A stretch of 33,796 bases of DNA from Octopus bimaculoides (Eukaryota). The translations under genes were made by a program, and so were the position numbers. A model generated the notes under the pieces. The model worked only from the letters and a program-made list of their open reading frames with translations, did no database searches and was not told where the DNA came from. Shown here in pieces: positions 22,801 to 31,189 of this stretch (positions within the stretch are counted from its first letter, which is position 1; the number at the start of each line of letters is the position of its first letter). The stretch is taken from contig NC_068989.1 in NCBI RefSeq assembly GCF_001194135.2, forward strand, positions 30,974,776 to 31,008,571, read 5' to 3'.

Positions 22801-25800
22801 AATGATAACATTGAAAAATACCTTAGGAATGAGAACCCAGGTTCGAAATTTCCCCAAGACACCTGATGAAGGCTGGAGGGTATATCAGCCAAAACATTGT
22901 GTTAACAACAAACAAGATGAGGACAAATATCTGTCAAATGTAAATAATGTATTTAGAATCATATTTGTAATGCATATGGTGTAGCTTAATACAAAGAACA
23001 TTGTTTAGAAGCATTTACTCTCTGGATATTAATATTATGATAACTCAAAAAAACACAAACTAGCAAGTGCTAGAAATATGTCTCATCTCTATAAAGTTTG
23101 CTAATATCTTTGTTTTGTTATAGGATTCCATGTGAGTCCATCCATTAGTTATTACTGTTGTCTGCCTTTGCAAACTAGGCAGATCATTAAAAAAATAAAT
23201 TTCATCTTGTCATCTTTATTTTTTTCCCTTATATGTTTTGTACCAATCTTTGAATCAATATCCCTGCATTCAAACCTCCTGACTAAGATTGATAAGTCTT
23301 TCTTAGCCAGAATATTACCTGAAATTCTAGTATCTGTTCCTGACAACTAGATACATAGAATATGTTGTCCTGCACAATGAAATGTCTAATAAATTTGAAC
23401 TTACAGCTCATTAGCAAGCAGTGGAATACTTACCTGATCAATAATATATTTCTGTACAGAAGAATGTTTCCTATCTTCATAAAGATAAATTCTCAGAATT
23501 AATTAACTTCTTATTTCACATGCAGAACACCAACAATGGTTGGAGGTTTGTTTGCCATTGAACGTCATTACTTTAATGAGATGGGAAAATATGATGCTGG
23601 CATGGATCTTTGGGGTGGAGAAAACTTAGAAATCTCATTTCGGGTAAGTTTTACTTGCTTAGAGTTGTTCTTGGTAAAAAACAAAGTTCATTTGAACAAG
23701 TGATGATTTGCATCAGCAAAAGTCATTTTGTAAAATTGGTAAAATTTCATAAGATAAAAAAATGTTCTCTCTCCAATAAAAAGCTTTACTTGAAATATCT
23801 ATCGGGTAATTGCCCTGTAGCTTATCTGAAATTGAGAACTTGGAAGAATTAATATGCGCGAAGAGCTGATTGTAGATATCTTATTGTTGCTAATATACTA
23901 TCTGGCTAACCCACTTAACTTTTTTAAATTTCCTAGTTACTTAACTGTAAATACATTGCATAAGAAATACACACAGTTTTTTTATTAGATTGTACTGCTG
24001 ATCTGATAAAGAGGGTAGGGGGAGGCATAAGAACAAAAAGGGAGGTTGGATAGAGGTGGTAAGTGTGTATGGAGAAAGTTAGAAATGGCAAGGAATAGGA
24101 TAGAGATCTGAATATACTGAAGGTGCAAGGTAGATAAAATATGTGTTAGGTGAAAGGTGAGCTCTACCTAACTGACATCATAGATACAATGATGAAGATG
24201 AAAACTTTTAGCAGAGACCCAGTGAAGTAAAAGGTTATGGCATATACATAATATTGATAATTCTTACAACTCCAGCTAGAATCATCAAGGCATTATTTTT
24301 GACAGGATTTTGAAAATTTATTTTTTTACTGCAGCTAAAAACCCTCTTAATTGTAAGGAATGGAAAGAAATAATTTACAGGTTTCTACTATACTGGTTTT
24401 TGTCATCAACTAGCTAACTTTATCATTAGTTTCCATTTAGTAACAGTAAAAATTATCATAGTTTTTTAATATCTGTCTTCCATACTGGCATGGGTTGGAT
24501 AGTTTGATGGCGTCCGATGAGTCAGAGGATTGCATTGTACTTCAGTGTCTGTTTCAGCACAGTGTCTATGACTCAATTCCCTTCCTAGTCCCAGTCACTT
24601 TACAGAGTGTACTGGGTGTTTTTCTCATGGCATCAGCACTAGTGAGGTCACCATGTAATTCACATGACTAAGATCCCTATCAGCTGAGCAGGACCACATT
24701 ATAGAGGGAAGCAGCTTTATGCTAGATGATGAAAGGTGAAAGTATGAAGAAAAGGGCCAGATCAGGTTTCTTTTTGTAAAGAGATACATGGCTGCTCACA
24801 TTGTACAAAAGTGGGTGGGGGTAATCAGGGTGGAGCTGGAAAGAGAGATAAAGAGGGTAGGGGGAGGCATAAGAACAAAAAGGGAGGTTGGATAGAGGTG
24901 GTAAGTGTGTATGGAGAAAGTTAGAAATGGCAAGGAATAGGATAGAGATCTGAATATACTGAAGGTGCAAGGTAGATAAAATATGTGTTAGGTGAAAGGT
25001 AGGGCAGAGTAGATGATGACTGGTGATTGGATTGCTATAGGGATGAATGTAGTGAATGGTGGAGGAATGACCAATAATGCATATCAATTTGGGAGGTGCT
25101 GATTGTACAGATGGCTGAAGAGCAGCAGGATAGAGAGAAAGAGATGACATGTGAGCAGGTTGCAAGAGTGTGAATGGAGAGAAAGACATAGTGCATGGGG
25201 AGAGTAAGAGATATTAGGATGATATGGACAAATCACCAAGAAGTAGTTCAGTGTCCCTCTTCACTCACATTTTACACTGAAGAATGGAAGTAATTGAAGT
25301 CAATAGTGTCAATAGGGAACACTGACGGGGTCGGGGGCATAGGAATACTTCTAGCAGAGAAATGGGTTGATAAGGTAATCGAGGTAGTTAGAGTATGTGA
25401 CAGAGTACTTAAGATTAGACAAGTGCTTCATCATAGGCTAGCTACTGTCATCACAGCCTATGCCCCTCAACCGGGTCACCCGGATGGGCTGAAAGACCAA
25501 TTCTATGACACCCTCTTGCAAATAGAAGGGGATATAGCATCATACAACGTGGAAGACAATTGGAGATTTCTACGGGACAACCTGCTGAGAGCCACTGACC
25601 AGATCTGTGGCTGGGGTAAAGTCCCCTCTCGACCCAGAGTAACGTGGTGGTGGAACAAGGAGGTAGACAGGGCTATCAGACAAAAGAAACAGGCTCGGAA
25701 GGACTGGAAGAACGGTGGTAGCAGGGAATTGTACCAATCTTCCAGAAGGGAAGCTAGGCGACAGGTTTATTTAGCCAGAGGGGAAGCAGATAAGAAATGA

Positions 25801-28800
25801 TTTGCCAAAGTTCTGCGCCGTGAGGATCAAAGACTTGAGGTATTTCGTGTTGCAAGACAGTGTAGGAGAGAGAATAGTGATGTCGTAGGAGAGAAATGTG
25901 TTCGCATGGATGATGGTACGCTTGCACTAAATGAGGCTGCAAAGAAAGAGGTCTGGAGATGCCACTACGATAGATTGCTTAATAAAGAGAATGAATGGGA
26001 GAAAGAGAGTCTGCTGTATGTCGACCCAACTGATGGACCAGCTATCCGAGTTAAAAGTACCATGGTAGATAAAGCAATTAAGAGTATGAAGACAGGGAAA
26101 GTCCCCGGCCCATCAGGAGTCACTGCAGAGATGCTCAAAATATCTGGCAGTGTCGGCTATAGCCTAGTCACCTGTATTACGAACCAGGTGATACACGAAG
26201 GAGTCATACCCAATGACTGGTGTAGCAGCACCATAGTCAACTGCTACAAAGGTAAAGGTGACGCTTTAGATACAAATAATTACAGAGGCATCAAGCTGTT
26301 AGATCAGAGGCATCAAGCTGTTACGGAGAGGGTCATAGCCCAACTAATTAGGGAGCGAATCAATTTAGATGAGATGCAGTTTGGGTTCGTGCCAAGTAAA
26401 AGCATCACTGATGCCATATTTCTAGTAAGACAGCTGCAGGAGAAATACCTAGCCAAGGATAAACCTCTGTACCTGGCTTTTGTTGACATGGAGAAAGCCT
26501 TTGACAGGATCCCCCGATCCCTTATCTGGTGGTCAATGAGGAAACTTGGGATAGAAGAATGGTTAGTGAGAGCTGTGCGAGCCATGTACAGAGATGCTGT
26601 CAGTAAGGTGAGGGTTGGAAATGAATACAGTAATGAATTCNNNNNNNNNNNNNNNNNNNNNNNNNNNNNNNNNNNNNNNNNNNNNNNNNNNNNNNNNNNN
26701 NNNNNNNNNNNNNNNNNNNNNNNNNNNNNNNNNNNNNNNNNNNNNNNNNNNNNNNNNNNNNNNNNNNNNNNNNNNNNNNNNNNNNNNNNNNNNNNNNNNN
26801 NNNNNNNNNNNNNNNNNNNNNNNNNNNNNNNNNNNNNNNNNNNNNNNNNNNNNNNNNNNNNNNNNNNNNNNNNNNNNNNNNNNNNNNNNNNNNNNNNGGG
26901 TGACCAAGTTAGTAGTGGGGGTGGGTGCGCTGAAAGTGAAGCTGCTAGAATAAGAATAGCCTGGGCAAAGTTCAGAGAGCTCTTACCTATGCTGGCGACA
27001 AAGGGACTCTCACTCAGAGTAAAAGGCAGACTGTATGACGCATGTGTACGAACAGCCATGCTACATGGCAGTGAAACATGGGCTGTGACTGCTGAGGACA
27101 TGCATAAGCTCGCAAGGAATGAAGCCAGTATTCTCCGCTGGATGTGTAATGTCAGTGTGCATACCCGACAGAGTGTAAGTATCTTGAGAGAAAAGCTGAA
27201 CATAAGAAGCATCAGTTGTGGTGTGTAAGAAGGGCGATTGCGCTGGTATGGAAATGTGGTGAGAATGGACGAGGATAGCTGCGTGAAAAAGTGCCACACC
27301 CTAACAGTTGAGGGAACCCATGGAAGAGGTAGGCCCAGGAAGACCTGGGCTGAGGTAGTGAGGCAAGACCTTCGAACAGTGGGCCTCACCGAGGCGATGA
27401 CTTCTGACCAAGACCTTTGGAAATGTGCTGTGCGTGAGAAGACCCGGCAAGCCAAGTGAGACCTAAATCCAAGGCCTTTTGCCAGGGGTGTAGCCAGCCC
27501 ACTTATGCGTNNNNNNNNNNNNNNNNNNNNNNNNNNNNNNNNNNNNNNNNNNNNNNNNNNNNNNNNNNNNNNNNNNNNNNNNNNNNNNNNNNNNNNNNNN
27601 NNNNNNNNNNNNNNNNNNNNNNNNNNNNNNNNNNNNNNNNNNNNNNNNNNNNNNNNNNNNNNNNNNNNNNNNNNNNNNNNNNNNNNNNNNNNNNNNNNNN
27701 NNNNNNNNNNNNNNNNNNNNNNNNNNNNNNNNNNNNNNNNNNNNNNNNNNNNNNNNNNNNNNNNNNNNNNNNNNNNNNNNNNNNNNNNNNNNNNNNNNNN
27801 NNNNNNNNNNNNNNNNNNNNNNNNNNNNNNNNNNNNNNNNNNNNNNNNNNNNNNNNNNNNNNNNNNNNNNNNNNNNNNNNNNNNNNNNNNNNNNNNNNNN
27901 NNNNNNNNNNNNNNNNNNNNNNNNNNNNNNNNNNNNNNNNNNNNNNNNNNNNNNNNNNNNNNNNNNNNNNNNNNNNNNNNNNNNNNNNNNNNNNNNNNNN
28001 NNNNNNNNNNNNNNNNNNNNNNNNNNNNNNNNNNNNNNNNNNNNNNNNNNNNNNNNNNNNNNNNNNNNNNNNNNNNNNNNNNNNNNNNNNNNNNNNNNNN
28101 NNNNNNNNNNNNNGTGGCCGTTGCCAGTACCGCCTGACTGGCCTTCGTAGGATTTTCGAGCGAGATCGTTGCCTGGACTGGCACATAAAATACACCATTT
28201 TGAGTGTGGCCTTCATGCAGGTGACACGTAAAAGCACCCACTACACTCTCTGAGTGGTTGGCGTTAGGAAGGGCATCCAGCTGTAGAAACTCTGCCAAAT
28301 CAGATTGGAGCCTGGTGTTGCCATCCGGTTTCACCAGTCCTCAGTCAAATCGTCCAACCCATGCTAGCATGGAAAGCAGACGTTAAACGATGATGATGAT
28401 GATGATGATGATGTTATCACAGGAAAGATGATAAAATATGTAGTTCTATCTTCATTTGATTACAGCAGCAGAACACTGCAGTTTGTAAGTGATGGAGAGA
28501 TCAGTAAAAGGGAATGAGAGAGTGGAGTAAAGATTTGATGAGGCAAAAGAACCAATTGTGTATATAGAGTTATGCTTCCAGAACTTAAGTTTTACCATGA
28601 TAGGTGAGTCTTCTTGAGCACCACATATCACCAGAATTCTAAGTCTTTTGTGATATCTTTCTGTGAGATCCAAACACCTAAGGTCAGTCCTCACTACCTT
28701 ATCCATGTCTTCCTGGCTCTCTCTCTTCCACAAGTTTCATACACATTTAGTGACTGGCACTTAGTTATACAGCTTTTGTCATCCATATGCATTACATAAC

Positions 28801-30802
28801 CATACCAGTACAATCTTCTCTTTTGTACACTACATCCGATTCCTTTTATACCTTATTTTTCTCTCAATGCATTTGCATGTTATCATCCATGCATATTGGC
28901 TTTGCATATCCAGTGGAACTTGCTTGCTTCATTTCTTCCTTGTCATTACTTACTCTCTGCTTCCATAGCCCATGTCTTGCTACCATGTAGCATTGCTGTT
29001 TGTACAGCAATGCTTCAATCTGTCTTTCACTCAGAGAGAAATCTTTTGTTACCAACAGTGGTAATTGTTCTCTGAACTTTCACCAGCCTTTTATTATTCA
29101 AGAGAGTACACTTTCAGAACAACCACCTAGGTAGCAGAAGCTATCAACTACTTCTAGTGATCCACCTGGTCATTTGATAAAATTTATTATAAAATTTGCT
29201 TCATACATCTGCCACATACTAATTCGACTTTCCCTATTAACCTGCCTATGATATCACTGCACCTTTTGTGTGTTCCACACTTTCCATTGGGTACAGAATG
29301 AAATTTCTATTTATGTCATTTCTACATATTGAGCAAAGCCATTTCTCTGATAGTGGTAGTGACCCTTTCTGTTTTCCTATCATGAAAACTTTAGATTTTG
29401 CTAGGTTAACTTTGAAGCCTTTTGATTTTAGGTTTTTCTTCCACACCTCAAATTTATTTTCTAATTCTCTGAGCAATTGGAGGGACCTAAGTGAGCCACC
29501 TGCTCATTAAATTTGTCGGTATATTTATTGTTAATTTTTACCTTACTGACAGCACCTCTGCAAATGACTTATGTGGCTCTTACAAGCCATTTGTCTACCC
29601 CTGGCTTCCTCAGTGACCACCAAATCATAGAGTGAGGTACTCTGTCAAAGGCTTTCTCCAAGTCAACTACTGCTAAGTGCAGTGGCTAACTTCTAACCAA
29701 GTACTTCTCCTAAAGTTGCCTCATCAGGAAGAGGGCATCTGTGAATTACATCTCATCTAGCCTAAACACTTTCTCTAATTAATCAAGCTGTAACTCTCCA
29801 TAATTTTAATGACCTGGTCCAGCAATTTGGTACTTCTGTAATTACTTCTCTCTGAGGTATGTCCTTGTAACTTGCAGCAGTTGACTATAATGCCACTATG
29901 CCTGTCATAGTGTGTGACACTTTCCTGTGCAAGCTGATTGACTAAGTAGATAACTAGGCCATATATAATGCTGCCAGGTATTTTAAGCATCTTGATACTT
30001 CTTTTTGATGCCCCAAGTGTTTTGCTGCCTTCATATCCTTAATTGCTTTATAAATCAAACGCCTGTCAACTAGAATGGTTGGTCCCTCAGTTAGGTCCAT
30101 GTTAGGAAGACAGTTTTCCTATACATTCTCTAGAAAATAATAAAAACGAAGGTAGCTTGAGTTGAAATAAAGATTCATGCACAATTTTAGAATATATCTT
30201 CAGATCAAAAATTGATATGTATAATACATGCCATTCTCCTTTCTCGTTAGTTTAAACTGGAAGTTTCTTAGAGCATTTCTTATTCATGATAATGTTATTA
30301 CCATATTATATGTTTAGCCCTCAGATCAACCCTGATTGAACAAACATGATCAAAGGTATTTCACTCTTGATCACACTATGTTTTTTTTTTCAGCTAGTAT
30401 GTACAGAACATTATCCAGTGTGTCCTTTCTTTAATCCTTTTGTTATATTTCTGTTAAACTTCACTAACTTTGCTTTAATTTGTTTTAAAGATAAAGAATT
30501 TATCATTATAAAGCTGGTGTTTGGTACATAAATTAACATGAAATTTTGAAGGAAAGTTTTAATTTAGATCTCTTTAATACAAGGAATTTATATGATAGAA
30601 GTTAGGGCAGTCTCAAATTCAGTTTCATTTTTATATATTTTTTTCTCAGATATGGATGTGTGGTGGTCATCTTGAAATAATTCCATGTTCCCGAGTTGGA
30701 CATGTTTTCCGAAATCGTCGCCCTTATTCTTCTCCAAGAGGAGAAGACAGCATGCTGAAGAATTCATTACGTGTTGCTCATGTTTGGCTGGATGACTATA
30801 TT
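1560..30802 (+). CDS. GALNT11: Polypeptide N-acetylgalactosaminyltransferase, GALNT11/pgant35A-like; 7 coding exons, 3'-incomplete (lectin domain outside window)
   Basis: Manual splicing gives 310+82+167+113+239+118+153=1182 nt in one open frame. It contains an N-terminal signal anchor and the GT-A motifs [35 protein letters not shown] (DxH), [21 protein letters not shown] and [10 protein letters not shown]. Orthology to GALNT11 is by recalled similarity, not a database search. Confidence 0.9.
2095..3050 (+). mobile_element. Degenerate LINE RT C-terminal fragment, split by a hAT MITE
   Basis: The left part reads [38 protein letters not shown]. Right of 2787 it resumes with TWTL...[22 protein letters not shown]...LYGD...RHC-like text across frameshifts. 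Confidence 0.75.
2283..2786. mobile_element. hAT (Charlie-like) non-autonomous MITE, 504 bp
   Basis: 15-bp TIRs CAGTGCTTCTTAAAC (2283-2297) and GTTTAAGAAGCGCTG (2772-2786), one mismatch. 8-bp TSD CTTTAGAA/CTTTAGAG. Subterminal AAATGGGGTCATGAA repeats near both ends. Confidence 0.9.
4060..7337 (+). mobile_element. Old 5'-truncated RTE LINE: RT, pyrimidine-rich 3' UTR and (GAT)n tail
   Basis: Degenerate frames give [46 protein letters not shown] (5161-5190) and WFGHVMNM...[13 protein letters not shown]. The family tail GTGGTTGG.GTTAGGAAGGGCATCCAGCTGT ends in (GAT)n at about 7322-7337. Confidence 0.9.
6661..6860. repeat. Five perfect tandem copies of a 40-nt CT-rich unit
   Basis: TCTCTCTCTCTCATGCTCTCTCTTCCTCTCCCTCTCTTTC starts at 6661, 6701, 6741, 6781 and 6821, embedded in a CT-rich tract at about 6600-6925. 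Confidence 0.97.
7405..8470 (-). mobile_element. Internally deleted piggyBac (PGBD4-like) element, 1066 bp
   Basis: TTAA TSDs at 7401-7404 and 8471-8474. Perfect 14-bp TIRs CCCTTTCGTTACTA. The minus strand has an acidic N-terminus and [32 protein letters not shown]...[16 protein letters not shown]; the DDD catalytic core is absent. Confidence 0.95.
9540..10170 (-). mobile_element. Tc1/mariner-superfamily transposase remnant, maT (DD37D)-like
   Basis: ORF 9656-10156 has an HTH-like region and [40 protein letters not shown] (first catalytic Asp). A degenerate FGC.SEG.VM motif follows. No TIRs were found. Confidence 0.8.
10230..11900 (-). mobile_element. Ty3/Gypsy LTR retrotransposon remnant: gag with CCHC knuckle, aspartic protease, probable pol C-terminal tail
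   Basis: Gag [31 protein letters not shown]; knuckle [14 protein letters not shown]; protease-like [22 protein letters not shown] at about 10880-10940; KFEHKRH-like tail near 10350-10385. No LTRs identified. Confidence 0.8.
12130..12265 (-). mobile_element. Second short fragment of the maT-like family
   Basis: Aligns by eye to 10040-10155 (shared ACTGACAGTTCACACAGTTTC.TTATTTT.TTGAAAT.CATTAGT). Confidence 0.75.
12457..12538 (+). CDS. GALNT11: GALNT exon 2
   Basis: ttttag|GT TAT... encodes (G)[26 protein letters not shown](E). Donor GTAAGT at 12539. Confidence 0.93.
13668..13834 (+). CDS. GALNT11: GALNT exon 3
   Basis: tttcag|G TGT... encodes [55 protein letters not shown]. Donor GTAAGC at 13835. 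Confidence 0.95.
13940..14015. repeat. (TG/CA/TGCA) compound microsatellite
   Basis: gtgtgtgtgtgtgcatgcacacacatgcatatgtgcatgcatgtgtg... Confidence 0.85.
14250..15870 (-). mobile_element. Internally deleted RTE LINE: APE N-terminus joined directly to the ORF C-terminus, 3' UTR and (GAT)n tail
   Basis: The minus strand reads [27 protein letters not shown]...[11 protein letters not shown]...[15 protein letters not shown], then at about 15135 switches to [21 protein letters not shown]...[12 protein letters not shown]. The family tail lies at about 14250-14450. The 5' boundary is approximate. Confidence 0.8.
15935..16149 (-). mobile_element. tRNA-derived SINE with a Nin/Deu-like central domain
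   Basis: Minus strand: TAAGGTGGCGAACTGG...GAATTCAAATTCC (B-box-like)...TTTCATCCTTTTGGGGGTCGATAAAATAAGTACC...GAAACCATTATT, with a (TTA)n-like tail. Family assignment is from recall. Confidence 0.75.
16165..16936 (+). mobile_element. RLE-type (R4/Dong-like) non-LTR retrotransposon, left part: RT thumb and CCHC
   Basis: Degenerate frames give [12 protein letters not shown]...[23 protein letters not shown] and [22 protein letters not shown]. Confidence 0.85.
17011..17560 (-). mobile_element. Possible Penelope-like terminal-repeat fragment
   Basis: Shares CTTGGG...CAT..TGCC.GT...AATAAA(A)ACACACGCACTG with 33518-33575. Both are followed at a similar distance by a minus-strand hammerhead-like core. 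No RT or GIY-YIG ORF is visible; the right boundary is approximate. Confidence 0.45.
17101..17141 (-). ncRNA. Weak minimal hammerhead-like motif
   Basis: GUUA-CUGAAGA-G-AUUGCA(AGAG)UGCACU-GAAA-UG-AUU/UAAU. Stem II has one mismatch; stem I is 4 bp. Confidence 0.4.
18167..18561. repeat. Foldback / MITE-like long imperfect inverted repeat
   Basis: A 33-bp perfect core TTTATTTATTTACTTTTGTTTTAAAGTGAAAGA at 18186-18218 is inverted at about 18510-18542. Similarity extends inward through TGTATATGAAATG and the TG/AG microsatellites. Confidence 0.8.
18673..18791. repeat. 46-bp-arm hairpin
   Basis: Arms 18673-18718 and 18746-18791 are reverse complements with 5 differences; the loop is 27 nt. Confidence 0.9.
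18944..19966 (-). pseudogene. Mariner transposase pseudogene
   Basis: Starts [22 protein letters not shown], includes WVPHTL, TGDEKW and PYSPDL, and has multiple stops and frameshifts. Confidence 0.9.
20136..20521 (+). mobile_element. RLE-type LINE, right part: restriction-like endonuclease domain
   Basis: (W>*)[10 protein letters not shown]...[43 protein letters not shown]...[11 protein letters not shown], a decayed PD-(D/E)xK region. It continues the element interrupted at 16936. Confidence 0.88.
20530..20741 (+). mobile_element. Isolated RTE-family 3' tail (heavily truncated LINE or tail-sharing SINE)
   Basis: AAAGTGGTTGGTGTTAGGAAGGCCATCCAGCTGTAGAAAC...ACATTAAATGATGATGATGA, the same motif as at about 7190-7337 and 28250-28413. 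Confidence 0.85.
20949..21061 (+). CDS. GALNT11: GALNT exon 4 (acceptor ambiguous: 20925, 20934 or 20949)
   Basis: Encodes [37 protein letters not shown]. Donor GTATTA at 21062, phase 0. Confidence 0.9.
22021..22259 (+). CDS. GALNT11: GALNT exon 5 (DxH motif)
   Basis: ttttag|GTA... encodes [20 protein letters not shown]...[17 protein letters not shown]...APIP. Donor GTGTGT at 22260. Confidence 0.95.
22680..22949 (+). mobile_element. Complete tRNA-derived SINE with an internal (AAT)n tract and a hammerhead-like 3' module
   Basis: 12-bp TSD TATTTAGAATCA at 22668-22679 and 22950-22961. A-box TGGCATAGTGG, B-box GAGTTCAATTCC, (AAT)n at about 22757-22805, and a CTGATGA core at 22863. Confidence 0.92.
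22858..22903 (+). ncRNA. Decayed minimal type I hammerhead-ribozyme-like motif
   Basis: GACAC-CUGAUGA-A-GGCUG(GAGGGUAUAU)CAGCC-AAAAC-AUU-GUGUU. Stems I and II pair; G12 and the 16.2 position read A. Confidence 0.6.
23526..23643 (+). CDS. GALNT11: GALNT exon 6 (Gal/GalNAc-T motif)
   Basis: tgcag|A ACA... encodes [39 protein letters not shown]. Donor GTAAGT at 23644. Confidence 0.96.
24005..24158 (+). repeat. 154-bp exact copy of 24847-25000
   Basis: Base-by-base identical from GATAAAGAGGGTAGGGGG to TTAGGTGAAAGGT, offset 842 nt. Confidence 0.97.
24470..25260 (-). mobile_element. Old RTE 3' tail and 3' UTR fragment
   Basis: CATACTGGCATGGGTTGGATAGTTTGA...CCCTTCCTAGTCCCAGTCACTTTACAGAGTGT is a degenerate reverse complement of the family tail, followed by a purine-rich UTR on the + strand. 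Confidence 0.7.
26641..26897. other. Assembly gap (257 N)
   Basis: Run of N inside the RTE RT region. Confidence 1.
27511..28113. other. Assembly gap (603 N)
   Basis: Run of N inside the RTE 3' UTR. Confidence 1.
28430..30090 (-). mobile_element. Old, fragmented RTE LINE in antisense orientation
   Basis: Minus-strand pieces read [43 protein letters not shown]...WLCSICR and [12 protein letters not shown]. Confidence 0.82.
30440..30620. repeat. Possible degenerate piggyBac-type MITE fragment
   Basis: AAGCTGGTGTTTGGTACATAAATTAACATGAAATTTTG resembles 7530-7550 (GATATTTGGAACATAATTAA) and a repeat I recall from Octopus. No termini are visible. Confidence 0.35.
30650..30802 (+). CDS. GALNT11: GALNT exon 7
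   Basis: ttctcag|ATA... encodes [51 protein letters not shown]. Donor GTAAGC at 30803. Confidence 0.96.
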
Positions 30803-31189
30803 GTAAGCATTTCTAATTTAAAGAGATAATGTGTGGCATATTTTGTTGGGTTTTTTTTCTCTCTTTTGAACAAAGCTGTTACCTGAAGGTTTCAAACTTC
30901 TATGGAGTTTATCACAGTTTTCAAAAGCTGTTGTGATCTGTATTCTTCTAGAACATAGCAATTATCTTTCCTCACTTCATGAAAAACTATCAACTCTTTT
31001 TTTTTTTTTTTCAATTCTTAGTAAAGCATTTGTAAAATGTACAATGTTTCCATAACTTCCACTAAAAGTCAATACCGCATCATAGAAGCTAGTTACAGAT
31101 TTGACTACAATTTCTAGCCAGTCAAGCAACCATGCTACAAAGAGCAATTAAAATCTTCCTTCAAGCACCATCTGGAATATTCAAGTGGT

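Larger units (their letters stand above)
25311..28413 (+). mobile_element. Younger RTE LINE copy: partial APE, RT, 3' UTR and (GAT)n tail; two assembly gaps
   Basis: ORFs 25294-25800, 25906-27228 and 27238-27459 include [46 protein letters not shown] and RGRPRKTW. There are a few stops. The tail ends in (GAT)8. Confidence 0.95.

Noticed and set aside
26313-28334. Long ORFs (673, 265, 244, 210, 114 and 112 aa) in the ORF track
   Set aside because: They run through N gaps and are otherwise antisense or off-frame readings of the RTE.
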